64,000 bases of DNA, taken from positions 66,556 through 130,555 of the forward strand of contig VGKT01000001.1 of NCBI GenBank assembly GCA_016866955.1, given 5' to 3'. Each line of letters opens with the position of its first letter. Positions within the stretch are counted from its first letter, which is position 1. The notes below the pieces were generated by a model. That model saw nothing but the letters and a program-made list of their open reading frames with translations. It did no database searches and was not told the DNA's origin. This stretch comes from Candidatus Pacearchaeota archaeon. Lineage in GTDB: Archaea > Nanobdellota > Nanobdellia > Pacearchaeales > GW2011-AR1. Position numbers and translations under genes: made by a program. Below are positions 19,875 to 28,199 of this stretch, one piece after another.

Positions 19875-20543
19875 ATGGCTCGAAAACCAACACAAACTGA
19901 TGATATGGTGCGTTTACAACGAGAACTAAAAGGATTTCTTGGAAAGATACCTGTGTGGGTTTGGTGGTTACTTGTCTTAGTATTTGGTGCCTTTGTGTTT
20001 CAATACACCCTTGTGGCAATGACTACTTATACCTATAAAGGATTGACGTTCACTATTGAACAAGAAGGAGATTTACGACTTCATCATCATGGTTATTTTA
20101 TTAACCCCACTACACGTTACAACCTTTATTTGCGTGGAGATCCACGAGAAAATGAAGTACCTGTAAAAGGGCGTATACTCTATGACTCCCGGCGAGTATA
20201 TCTAAGCGTTAATACGAGTACTTTGAACCTTTGTGAAGATAGTGCAGTAGGAATTGGAACAATTACTTCATTTTTAGGTCTCAATGGATTAAAAGTGAAA
20301 TCTGCTTCTCCTGATCCTCAAAAGGCCCAAGCATTCAATGTCACCTATGCTGATTGTACCACTAATCAAGAAGATATGGTGATACTTATCCAAGCAGGAG
20401 AAACATCTCTCGTTGAGAAAGTACAAGATAGATGCTTTGTATTAACAGTCGGAGCATGTGAAATCCTTCCGGTTGTTGAGAAATTTATGGTTGAATCAGT
20501 TGCTCAGCGACGAGAATTGGGCACTGTTTCATTACGACCTTAA
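19875..20543 (+). CDS. Hypothetical N-terminally anchored extracellular protein (distant paralogue of 19292-19843)
   Basis: The ATG lies 21 nt after CTTAAAAG (19846-19853), with the same ATCCTTAAAAG promoter core. One TM segment. Confidence 0.4.
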   Translation: MARKPTQTDDMVRLQRELKGFLGKIPVWVWWLLVLVFGAFVFQYTLVAMTTYTYKGLTFTIEQEGDLRLHHHGYFINPTTRYNLYLRGDPRENEVPVKGRILYDSRRVYLSVNTSTLNLCEDSAVGIGTITSFLGLNGLKVKSASPDPQKAQAFNVTYADCTTNQEDMVILIQAGETSLVEKVQDRCFVLTVGACEILPVVEKFMVESVAQRRELGTVSLRP

Positions 20544-20547
20544 GAAT

Positions 20548-21156
20548 TTATTTCTTTTTATAATAATAGAGTATGCCTGCTATAAGGCAGAAGCCTAGTA
20601 CGATGATAGTTATTTGATCAAGATAGTGATATAATAACGTGTAGTTTTCTCCGACGAAAATGCCGAGAATAATAAGGATTGCTGACCACACTCCTGCACC
20701 TAATGCAGTCCAGAGCGTAAACGACAAGAGAGGCATTTTTCCGAAACCTGCGGGAAAGGAAATAAGTTGACGAATAACCGGAATGAGACGTCCGATAAAA
20801 GTAGTAATAATCCCATGCTTTGCAAAATAAGCTTCTGCTTGTAAGATTGATTGATTGGAAAGGAAAAACAAGGAACCGTATTTGCACAGAAGCGCATTTA
20901 CCGTTTTTCTACCGAGTGTTATTGCTAGATAATAATTAACATACGCTCCTAAGAGACTACCGATGATACTTGCAATGAGCACAAAGATGAACGAGAGTTC
21001 TCCTCGGTGAATAAGAATCCCTGCAGGAATAAGAACGATTTCACTGGGAAAGGGAATAAAGGAACTTTCAATGGCCATTAATAGCGTAATGCCTGCATAT
21101 CCTGAAGCGCCAATTGTATGTACAAGCCAATCAGCAAACGTTTGGAGAAAACTCAT
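20548..21156 (-). CDS. DedA/SNARE-associated family membrane protein
   Basis: YAGITLLMAIESSFIPFPSEIVLIPAG signature. ATGA overlap with the archaeosortase-family gene at 21153-21156. Confidence 0.85.
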   Translation of the reverse strand: MSFLQTFADWLVHTIGASGYAGITLLMAIESSFIPFPSEIVLIPAGILIHRGELSFIFVLIASIIGSLLGAYVNYYLAITLGRKTVNALLCKYGSLFFLSNQSILQAEAYFAKHGIITTFIGRLIPVIRQLISFPAGFGKMPLLSFTLWTALGAGVWSAILIILGIFVGENYTLLYHYLDQITIIVLGFCLIAGILYYYKKK

Positions 21157-21674
21157 TCTCCTCCTCGTATTGCTTTGAGTAATTGTTGTATATCGGTTAG
21201 AATAGGAATTTTATCTATTTTGTAATAAAATGCTGTAACAAACCAGCAGGCAATTACTAACAACGTGCTTCCTGCATACCAAAAGAGTGCATGAGTGAGG
21301 TCAAAGAGCGTTTGATTAGAAGTAATAAAGTAGGTTGCGAGAAGAATACGAAGTATATTTCCTATAAAGAACAATCCCCAACTCATACCGAGTAGTTTAA
21401 AGCGTTGTGCCCAGGAAAGAGGTAATGTAAACGCACAAATAAGTAGTAAATAATATGCTGCCCCGGCGATACAAGCAGGAATTAATGCAATATACGCTCC
21501 TTGAAATACAATCGTGGTCTCTGCGAGGATGGTTGTTGTGCCGAAAAGCCCCAACACTCCTGCAACAGCATATACGGTAAAGGGCGTTATCAACCAATAG
21601 AAAGGCGCAAGCGCAGAAAGACCAAGTGCTAATAAAAGACCATATCGTAAAAGATAGTCATATTCTTCGCGCAT
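21153..21674 (-). CDS. Small exosortase/archaeosortase-family protein
   Basis: 173 aa and polytopic. Cys, Arg and His candidates occur in the family-typical order: IPACIAG, GNILRI and LTHALFWYAG. Confidence 0.6.
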   Translation of the reverse strand: MREEYDYLLRYGLLLALGLSALAPFYWLITPFTVYAVAGVLGLFGTTTILAETTIVFQGAYIALIPACIAGAAYYLLLICAFTLPLSWAQRFKLLGMSWGLFFIGNILRILLATYFITSNQTLFDLTHALFWYAGSTLLVIACWFVTAFYYKIDKIPILTDIQQLLKAIRGGE

Positions 21675-21710
21675 AACCTGATAAGGGGGGGCTATTTAAG
21701 AATGTAGCGA

Positions 21711-23618
21711 TTATCTTCGAGAAACGATAACTGCTACTACAATAATCAAGATAACCAAGACTACGTTGATTGCAACTAACGTCCATACCCATGAACTTCC
21801 ACCAAAGAGTGAACCATTTTCAACTTGGACTACAACTTGACGAGACTGTACTTTGCCATCATCAGTTCGAGCATTGATGGTAAAGCTTTGTTCGCCTGCA
21901 GCATCATCTTGTGGCGTTAATGTAATGGTAACATCCTTTGATTGACCTGCTGGAATTTGAACGATATTCTCTGAAATATCCTTTAGACTTGCCCAGCTTT
22001 CAAAGCCTGTTGCAGTGATTGCAAATAAAGCAGTTTTATCTCCGTTGTTTCTCAGCGTAGCGGTTACTTTCACATCTTTGCCTGTTACTGCTTCTGAAGC
22101 AAGTTCTGCATTGATTGAAACAGCGTTCGTTGTTCCAGGTGCAACTGAACAGCCAAATACTTTCAATTGTGTTTCAACATCATCGTCAAGATTTTGCTTA
22201 TACACGCCATTCTTGTAATCATATTCTGCGCTCAATGCAAGATTGTATGTGCCGTCTGCTACTTGTGGAACCGTGAATGAAAATGAAACCATTTTGCTAT
22301 CTCCTTGGTCAAGACCTTGTGTGATTTCGACAATTTTATTGATGCCAAGTGCACGGTTTACTAAATTAATCAATACTTTATCTTCATCATCTTCACCAAT
22401 GTTAACAGCGTCAGCAGTAATAGTTACTTCATCTCCACAGGTTGCTTGTGCAGGAGAGACAACAATATCATCAAAAGCAATGAATTTACCTTCATCATCT
22501 TCAGATTCTACTTTAATTGTTTCTTGAATACTCTCTGCAATGCTATCAGTACAAAGTGTAGATTCACTGATATCATCACTGTATGCTTTCAAAATGAGTG
22601 TATAAGATCCTTCATCGAGATCAGCAGGAACTTTAAAGGTAAATTCAACTTTGGTATCATCGCCATCATCAAGATCGCCTACTTCAAATTCTTCTTCACC
22701 ATCTGAAGTGAAATCAAGTTTATTAGCAAGGTTTTTGCCATTTGCATTAAAGAGGCCAAGTTCAACAATAAGGTCATCAAGATCTGATTTACCAGTATTT
22801 TCGAGTTCAACTTCTACAGACACTTCATCAAGTGGATGCCATTCATCATCTTCACCGCCTGAATTTGATAATTCAACATCACGAAGAGTAAGATTAGTTG
22901 TTACTTTTCCAATAGGACAGAAGTTTCCATTTCGTGTATAGGTAATTGATTGATTTGCTACTCCTGAAGTTTGAGGGACTGCAACTACTGTTGCGAAATT
23001 TGTTCCAATACTAAATGATTGGCCAACGGTTGGAGAGACAGTAATCGTGCTTGTAGTACCTGCAGGAACAGTTGGGTTAGCGTTTGAGAAGGTAAGATTT
23101 AAGCTTCCTGAAGATTTAACTAAAGAGAAGGTAAGTGCTTGATTACCTGTATTTGCAAGGGTTAATGAACCATTTTGTGAAGCGGTAACTTCTGCTGTTT
23201 TAGAGAGTGTGTATGTTGAAGCTGAAGTAATAGGTACAGTGAAGGTTAATGCTTTACTAGTTGCTACGCCCGTTGGATCAGAAACAGTAATTGTACCTGC
23301 AATAGAATCTGATTGAGAGGAAGGGAATGTAACAGTGGTAGTAACCGTTAGTAAACCGTTTGCTGCAACTGATTGTGCTGGAGAAGGGGAAAATGTAGCG
23401 TTTGAAGTACCTGATGTGCTTGCGTAGGTGTAATTAACATTGCCTACTGCGCCGGTGTTCGAAATATTAAAAATTACTTGGAATGAGCCGGCATTGTGTG
23501 CAACAGCGGTAGGAACAGTAATTATGGTTGTGTCTGCATTGTTAATACTGATAGCAGAAGCAATACTTACTACGAACAAAGATGCAAACAAAGCGACGAA
23601 TAGTTTTGTGAAGTTCAT
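21711..23618 (-). CDS. Secreted surface protein with CARDB/Ig-like repeats and C-terminal anchor/sorting signal
   Basis: Signal peptide MNFTKLFVALFASLFVVSIASA. It has a Thr/Ser-rich half and an acidic half. The C-terminus GGSSWVWTLVAINVVLVILIIVVAVIVSRR is a TM helix followed by a basic tail. Confidence 0.7.
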   Translation of the reverse strand: MNFTKLFVALFASLFVVSIASAISINNADTTIITVPTAVAHNAGSFQVIFNISNTGAVGNVNYTYASTSGTSNATFSPSPAQSVAANGLLTVTTTVTFPSSQSDSIAGTITVSDPTGVATSKALTFTVPITSASTYTLSKTAEVTASQNGSLTLANTGNQALTFSLVKSSGSLNLTFSNANPTVPAGTTSTITVSPTVGQSFSIGTNFATVVAVPQTSGVANQSITYTRNGNFCPIGKVTTNLTLRDVELSNSGGEDDEWHPLDEVSVEVELENTGKSDLDDLIVELGLFNANGKNLANKLDFTSDGEEEFEVGDLDDGDDTKVEFTFKVPADLDEGSYTLILKAYSDDISESTLCTDSIAESIQETIKVESEDDEGKFIAFDDIVVSPAQATCGDEVTITADAVNIGEDDEDKVLINLVNRALGINKIVEITQGLDQGDSKMVSFSFTVPQVADGTYNLALSAEYDYKNGVYKQNLDDDVETQLKVFGCSVAPGTTNAVSINAELASEAVTGKDVKVTATLRNNGDKTALFAITATGFESWASLKDISENIVQIPAGQSKDVTITLTPQDDAAGEQSFTINARTDDGKVQSRQVVVQVENGSLFGGSSWVWTLVAINVVLVILIIVVAVIVSRR

Positions 23619-23797
23619 TTTGTGTTGTAATTCTTGAGTTACAACCCCTATATAAATGTTTTGATTAATGCGAACATGATTGGAATAAGAGGTATCTCTT
23701 CATAAATGTGGGGAGAAAGCTGGGGAAAAAAAAGAAAATAGGTGGAGAAAATATATGGAAAACAACAAATCAGGATGAAATAGGGGCCGATTGTACT

Positions 23798-24184
23798 TTA
23801 TTCGTTAATATAATCTGGTTTCTTAATAGCTGCACCTGCAGGAGCACGATGAATTTCAGCGAATTTTGGAGTTACAATGATGGTTGTATCACCAAATGCA
23901 GCGATTTGTCCTTCAATAGCATCTACCGTTTTCTTAATCTTTGCAACTGCACGCTTAAGTTCAATTACATCCTTTGTTTTGAGAGGTTTCATATCAATTA
24001 CTGCAATAGTGTATCCTTCACGGATAGAATTGAGAATGTCATTGATATCATCATATTGTCTAAGAACAAATGGTTTGACAATAACTTTTGTTTCTCGTTC
24101 TTGTTGACCATTAACGTCAATTTCAACGTATTCATCGGCTGCAGGGCTTGATCCAAACATCTTTTTGATTGTATTAATCACCAT
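23798..24184 (-). CDS. sepF: Archaeal SepF (FtsZ membrane anchor)
   Basis: Short N-terminal amphipathic segment plus the SepF core VIVKPFVLRQYDDINDILNSIREGYTIAVIDMKPL. Confidence 0.8.
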   Translation of the reverse strand: MVINTIKKMFGSSPAADEYVEIDVNGQQERETKVIVKPFVLRQYDDINDILNSIREGYTIAVIDMKPLKTKDVIELKRAVAKIKKTVDAIEGQIAAFGDTTIIVTPKFAEIHRAPAGAAIKKPDYINE

Positions 24185-24258
24185 AGTGTCCTCGTTGTGG
24201 ATGCGGTATATAAAGATTACTGTAATGAGACGTACGTAATGTGATGTGTACTATTCAT

Positions 24259-24600
24259 TTATGCTTTCTTTTTTTGTTTCTCGACAGTAGATTGGACCAC
24301 TTGTCTTGTCTGTTCACCTTGTTTAACAAGTGTTTCTTCATGTTTTTCAAGTAAGGTAAGCTTTGAGGTAACTTGTTTTTCTCGTTCAGTAAGTTCCTTG
24401 AGCGCTTTTTGTTTGTCAATTTTTACCATTAACCCTGCCACGATACGATAGATATCTCCGGTTGTCGCAGTTATCTCTTTTGTAGCATTCATTACTTCTG
24501 CCTGCTCTACGTGTAATGATTGTTTTTGCATTCCTATTTGTTGTAATTGTTGTTCAAGATGTTGTAATTCTTGTATTTGTTCCTGAAGTTGAGGATCCAT
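24259..24600 (-). CDS. pfdB: Prefoldin beta subunit
   Basis: 113 aa with two heptad coiled coils flanking a single hairpin region (IYRIVAGLMVKIDK). Confidence 0.75.
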   Translation of the reverse strand: MDPQLQEQIQELQHLEQQLQQIGMQKQSLHVEQAEVMNATKEITATTGDIYRIVAGLMVKIDKQKALKELTEREKQVTSKLTLLEKHEETLVKQGEQTRQVVQSTVEKQKKKA

Positions 24601-24601
24601 A

Positions 24602-24739
24602 TTAGAGTGCTTTCAATTTAACAATTTGTGTACGAGGTTTATAGAAAATTTTTGAACCGCAGTGAGGACAAACAAATCGCTTTTCAAGTATTTTACTAGT
24701 AATTGCTTTTTCGCATCCGAAACATTTGTATTGTGCCAT
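24602..24739 (-). CDS. rpoP: DNA-directed RNA polymerase subunit P (Rpo12/RpoP)
   Basis: Not in the ORF track (45 aa). Manual translation gives MAQYKCFGCEKAITSKILEKRFVCPHCGSKIFYKPRTQIVKLKAL, with a CxxC...CxxC zinc ribbon. Confidence 0.75.
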   Translation of the reverse strand: MAQYKCFGCEKAITSKILEKRFVCPHCGSKIFYKPRTQIVKLKAL

Positions 24740-24777
24740 GAGTATGAGTGGGATTTGGTGATTTTTAAAAGCTCTGG

Positions 24778-25005
24778 TTATCGCTTTTTCACGAGTGAAT
24801 AAGCAGGGCCTGCAAAAATCTTGCCGGTTTTAACGCATTGCCAGATACCTGCAGCAATACGTTTTGCTTTTCCTGTAGGGTGAAAGGGAGAGGGTTGATC
24901 CTTACGTTGAAGTGTTTCAATTTCATTGTAAATATTCTTTACATGTGTACCGAACCCTGCACCAAACTTACCGAATGCCTTGGATTTCTTTGTTTTACTT
25001 GCCAT
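24778..25005 (-). CDS. rpl37ae: Ribosomal protein eL43 (L37Ae), zinc-ribbon cysteines largely lost
   Basis: MASKTKKSKAFGKFGAGFGTHVKN...AAGIWQCVKTGKIFAG aligns with L37Ae. Only one of the four canonical Cys remains. Confidence 0.8.
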   Translation of the reverse strand: MASKTKKSKAFGKFGAGFGTHVKNIYNEIETLQRKDQPSPFHPTGKAKRIAAGIWQCVKTGKIFAGPAYSLVKKR

Positions 25006-25048
25006 ATCTTCTCGTTTATTTAGGGGTTTTTAAAGTATTCTACCACGG

Positions 25049-25315
25049 TTAATTTCTATCTGGCGCGAGTAATCGTTCAATTTCCCAACAAATAAAACCC
25101 GTGTTTCTCTTTTCTTCACAAGAAAATTGATATCCGTAAGGCAAAGAAGTAGTATGATCCATGCCTAACTTTTCCATACGAACTACTTCTACATCATACC
25201 GTATCCATTGATCATCTGACCTATTTGCAAGAATGCGTACATGCATACGAGCTTCATCCTCAACATAGATAACTTCATCTCCTTGACGATAAGCATCTTT
25301 TTCTCGAATGATCAT
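25049..25315 (-). CDS. Hypothetical small protein (88 aa)
   Basis: The ORF is trimmed to MIIREKDAY because the upstream part of the track ORF is the tRNA-Pro sequence. Confidence 0.35.
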   Translation of the reverse strand: MIIREKDAYRQGDEVIYVEDEARMHVRILANRSDDQWIRYDVEVVRMEKLGMDHTTSLPYGYQFSCEEKRNTGFICWEIERLLAPDRN

Positions 25316-25347
25316 AGTTTTGTTTAAAAATTGCTTATAAAAAGATA

Positions 25348-25420
25348 TGGGGATGCCCGGATTTGAACCGGGGTCGCGAAGTCCCAAACCTCGAATGTTA
25401 CCAGGCTGCACCACATCCCC
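25348..25420 (-). tRNA. tRNA-Pro (UGG)
   Basis: Manual cloverleaf: acceptor GGGGATG/CATCCCC, anticodon stem CGAGG/CTTCG with loop TTTGGGA, T arm CCCGG-TTCAAAT-CCGGG, discriminator A. No encoded CCA. Confidence 0.85.
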
Positions 25421-25447
25421 AATGACAAGCTGATTAAACAGTGGTTT

Positions 25448-26062
25448 TTAATCCTTCCTTCTTTCTTTTATCAGAAGTTGTGTGCCGAGTGCCCAGATAA
25501 GTGCGAGAAGTATTCCCCCTAATATGTCTGAAAACCAATGTACGCCTAAATAGAGTCGCGAGCCTGCGACGAGTATACCGAAAAGTACGGCACTGATTGC
25601 ACCGATATATTTGAACAACCGTTTCTCTTTTGTTTTTGAGAGAGAGAAGAGTATCCAAAATGAAATGAAGAAAGATGTTGCAGTATGTCCACTCGGGAAT
25701 GCAAAGCCTCCTTCAAGAATAGCAGCGTTAAGAGGGCGAGCTATTCCAACCATATTTTTTATGAGTGTTACTGAAAGAGATGTGCCCAGAAGTCCTAAAA
25801 GTAAACGACTTGCTGACTTCAATTCCTGACGATAGATAAGAACACTTGCAATAAGTAAAGCAATAAGAGAAAGATTTAATTGTGACGTAAGCTGACCTAT
25901 ATCTCGTGCAATGATTATCCCAAACTGAGTTTGAAAGGTATTGAAAAACCTATTCAATGCTTCATCAAGTGAACGAGTGCCCTCTTGCGTTACAAGAACG
26001 GTGAGAGAAATAAAAGCAATACAACTACCGATGAACGTTTTTTTTATTGTATAGCGATTCAT
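25448..26062 (-). CDS. PAP2-family lipid phosphate phosphatase (polyprenyl-diphosphate phosphatase-like)
   Basis: All three PAP2 motifs are present: KNMVGIARP, PSGH and SRLYLGVHWFSD. Confidence 0.8.
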   Translation of the reverse strand: MNRYTIKKTFIGSCIAFISLTVLVTQEGTRSLDEALNRFFNTFQTQFGIIIARDIGQLTSQLNLSLIALLIASVLIYRQELKSASRLLLGLLGTSLSVTLIKNMVGIARPLNAAILEGGFAFPSGHTATSFFISFWILFSLSKTKEKRLFKYIGAISAVLFGILVAGSRLYLGVHWFSDILGGILLALIWALGTQLLIKERRKD

Positions 26063-26097
26063 AAAAAAGAAGTGGAAATTACCCTCTATTAACCTTG

Positions 26098-26811
26098 TTA
26101 TTTCTTCTTTGCGTCTGCTTTTGCAGGAGTTGCAGGAGCTTTTGCACCAGGGGCAGGGGCTGCGCCCGGAGCTGCTGCGGCTGCTACTGGAGCTGCTGCG
26201 GCTGCTGCGACTTTCGCTGCTTCTTCTGCTGCTTTTGCTTCTTCTGCTGCTTTTGCCTTCTTATCTTGCATATTCTTACGTTGAACGAAAAATGCTGCAA
26301 GTTCTTTCTTTTTAGCATCTGAAGGTTGAGTAAGTTCCTGTTTGATTTCTTTATCGTATACTCCTGCATCAATATCTTTCTCAACTTGCTTTGCTTCTTT
26401 ACTATCAATCATAATACCTAATGAAACACAAGAACCAACGACCAATTTAATAGAAGAACGAAGGGTTTTTGCTAATAAGGATTCATGTTTTCCTTTTGCA
26501 ATGCCCACGACCTGTTCAAATGAAATGTTAGCTACTTTTACTTCAAGAGGAGAACCTGAACCTTTGTCTAATGCACATTCTTTCTTGAGCATTTCTGCTA
26601 CGGAAGGAGATGAAACGGTAATAGTGAATGTCTTTGTTTTTGCATCAACATCGATTTCAACAGGAACGTTCATTCCTTTGAAGCCAGCTGTTGCAGTATT
26701 GACATCTGCCATAACTTTACCCATGTTAATACCTAAGGGGCCTAATGCTTGTGCGACTGCTGGGCCAGGCTTCATTGCCCCACCTTCAACAATTAACTTA
26801 ATTTTCGGCAT
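26098..26811 (-). CDS. rpl11: Ribosomal protein uL11 with about 80-aa Ala/Lys/Pro/Glu-rich C-terminal extension
   Basis: MPKIKLIVEGGAMKPGPAVAQALGPLGINMGKV is the uL11 N-domain. The low-complexity tail ends AKAPATPAKADAKKK. Confidence 0.85.
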   Translation of the reverse strand: MPKIKLIVEGGAMKPGPAVAQALGPLGINMGKVMADVNTATAGFKGMNVPVEIDVDAKTKTFTITVSSPSVAEMLKKECALDKGSGSPLEVKVANISFEQVVGIAKGKHESLLAKTLRSSIKLVVGSCVSLGIMIDSKEAKQVEKDIDAGVYDKEIKQELTQPSDAKKKELAAFFVQRKNMQDKKAKAAEEAKAAEEAAKVAAAAAAPVAAAAAPGAAPAPGAKAPATPAKADAKKK

Positions 26812-27271
26812 TTTGTTCTCCTGCTTCTTTGCTTTCCTCACGCCTTATAACCTTTACGTTATCGATTTTTACAGTAACGGGGATTGGAACGGAAGCGCCT
26901 AAGAGTGTAACCACTACTTCTCCCTTTTGCTTATCGAGACGTGTTACTTTTGCTTGTTCCTTTTTGAATGGTTCAGCAATCATTTCAACAAAGTCTCCCA
27001 CTTGAATATTTACGTCTTCTACTTTCGGTTCGATCATGGTTTTGATCTCTTCATATGAAATTGTTTTACCGATGATGCCCTTTACATAGGGTTGATTATA
27101 TGCTGCTTCTTCTGCAGTGTCACGATCAGGGGTTTCAAGAATTAAATATCCTCGAAGACCATGTGGGCGAACAATAGATAATACATTGATATTTTTCTTT
27201 GTTGCTCGATCGAGAATCATTTCTAATGCTCGGTCTTCTTTGTTTGTGGTGACTTTTAAAATGAAAATCAT
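26798..27271 (-). CDS. spt5: Transcription elongation factor Spt5 (NusG)
   Basis: NGN domain (IFILKVTTNKE...GYLILE) and KOW motif (GDFVEMIAEPFKKEQAKV). Confidence 0.85.
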   Translation of the reverse strand: MIFILKVTTNKEDRALEMILDRATKKNINVLSIVRPHGLRGYLILETPDRDTAEEAAYNQPYVKGIIGKTISYEEIKTMIEPKVEDVNIQVGDFVEMIAEPFKKEQAKVTRLDKQKGEVVVTLLGASVPIPVTVKIDNVKVIRREESKEAGEQNAEN

Positions 27272-27339
27272 TGTTTTTGTGTGTACCCACTACCTAGAGA
27301 ATCTAAGAAGTAGATAATGACGTGCAGAAAAGACGGTAT

Positions 27340-27792
27340 TTAAACTTTTTCAAGAGCTTGCAGATACTCTTTAATGCGTTCAAGGCATTGAGGAATGAGG
27401 AATTTTTCTATTTTTGATTCAAATAATTCAGCGAGAGGAGCAAATTCTGAAAGACGATAGGCATTTTCTTTTTTATCTACAAGCAATACGTCCCTCAATC
27501 GCTTAAGTTGTCGACGGATATTACTCTCTGCAAGACCCTTTATTTCATAGCCATGTTCTTTCCGAGATTGTTCAACTAGATCTCGTATCTCAAATGAACT
27601 CACCCATTTTCTTTCTTTTCGAGCTTTTTCCAATACCAACACAATATCTACAATACTATCTCGCCCATCTCCTGGCTGTAAAAGACCGAGTGAGAGGCAG
27701 ACTTTCTTAACTGCCTCTCGTTGATTTAGAACATAGGGTTTTTCATAGCGACGGAGTGTTATTTCTACTAAGGGTGCCTCTTTCAGGGTCAT
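27340..27792 (-). CDS. Hypothetical protein, possible wHTH regulator
   Basis: 150-aa ORF with the helix-rich segment SNIRRQLKRLRDVLLVDKKENAYRLS. No firm family assignment. Confidence 0.35.
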   Translation of the reverse strand: MTLKEAPLVEITLRRYEKPYVLNQREAVKKVCLSLGLLQPGDGRDSIVDIVLVLEKARKERKWVSSFEIRDLVEQSRKEHGYEIKGLAESNIRRQLKRLRDVLLVDKKENAYRLSEFAPLAELFESKIEKFLIPQCLERIKEYLQALEKV

Positions 27793-27842
27793 ACTGTATA
27801 GAGTATAGGAATCATTATAAATCTGCCCGTTACATCTTCGTT

Positions 27843-28199
27843 ATGGAATTTGTTGCATGTGTTGGAACTGATGAACAAAATTGGGGTCAAATTACTGCTT
27901 TATTAAACAGACTGGAATATGAGAAAGCAGTTCTTGTGGTTGATGCAATGGCTTCAGGATACCCTACGAATGATACATGTACTATCATCAAGATAGATAT
28001 GAGTCAACCGTTGCTTCCTTTGCAAAGAGAAATCCAGGATAAACTTAAGAAAACAGTGGGGGGAGAATTTGAAGTTGCTCTTTCTCTTGCTTCAGGCACG
28101 GGTAAAGAGCATATGGCCGTATTATCTGCTTTATTGAATATCCCGGTAGGTGTTAAATTAGTTGTGTATACAAAAGAAGGAATACAATTTTTGAGTTAA
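27843..28199 (+). CDS. Hypothetical protein (118 aa)
   Basis: The ATG (MEFVACVG) lies 21 nt after ATTATAAA (27814-27821). No recognised motif. Confidence 0.35.
   Translation: MEFVACVGTDEQNWGQITALLNRLEYEKAVLVVDAMASGYPTNDTCTIIKIDMSQPLLPLQREIQDKLKKTVGGEFEVALSLASGTGKEHMAVLSALLNIPVGVKLVVYTKEGIQFLS

Noticed and set aside
25316-25414. N-terminal extension of ORF 25049-25414 (MVQPGNIRGLGLRDPGSNPG...), and ORF 25434-25658
   Set aside because: The extension is simply the translated tRNA-Pro gene. ORF 25434-25658 is an alternate frame of the PAP2 gene.
26095-26322. Cys-rich 75-aa ORF (MLFLLCVCFCRSCRSFC...), plus ORFs 26109-26315 and 26184-26408
   Set aside because: These are antisense or alternate-frame readings of the GC-skewed low-complexity tail of uL11. 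They have no independent start signals.
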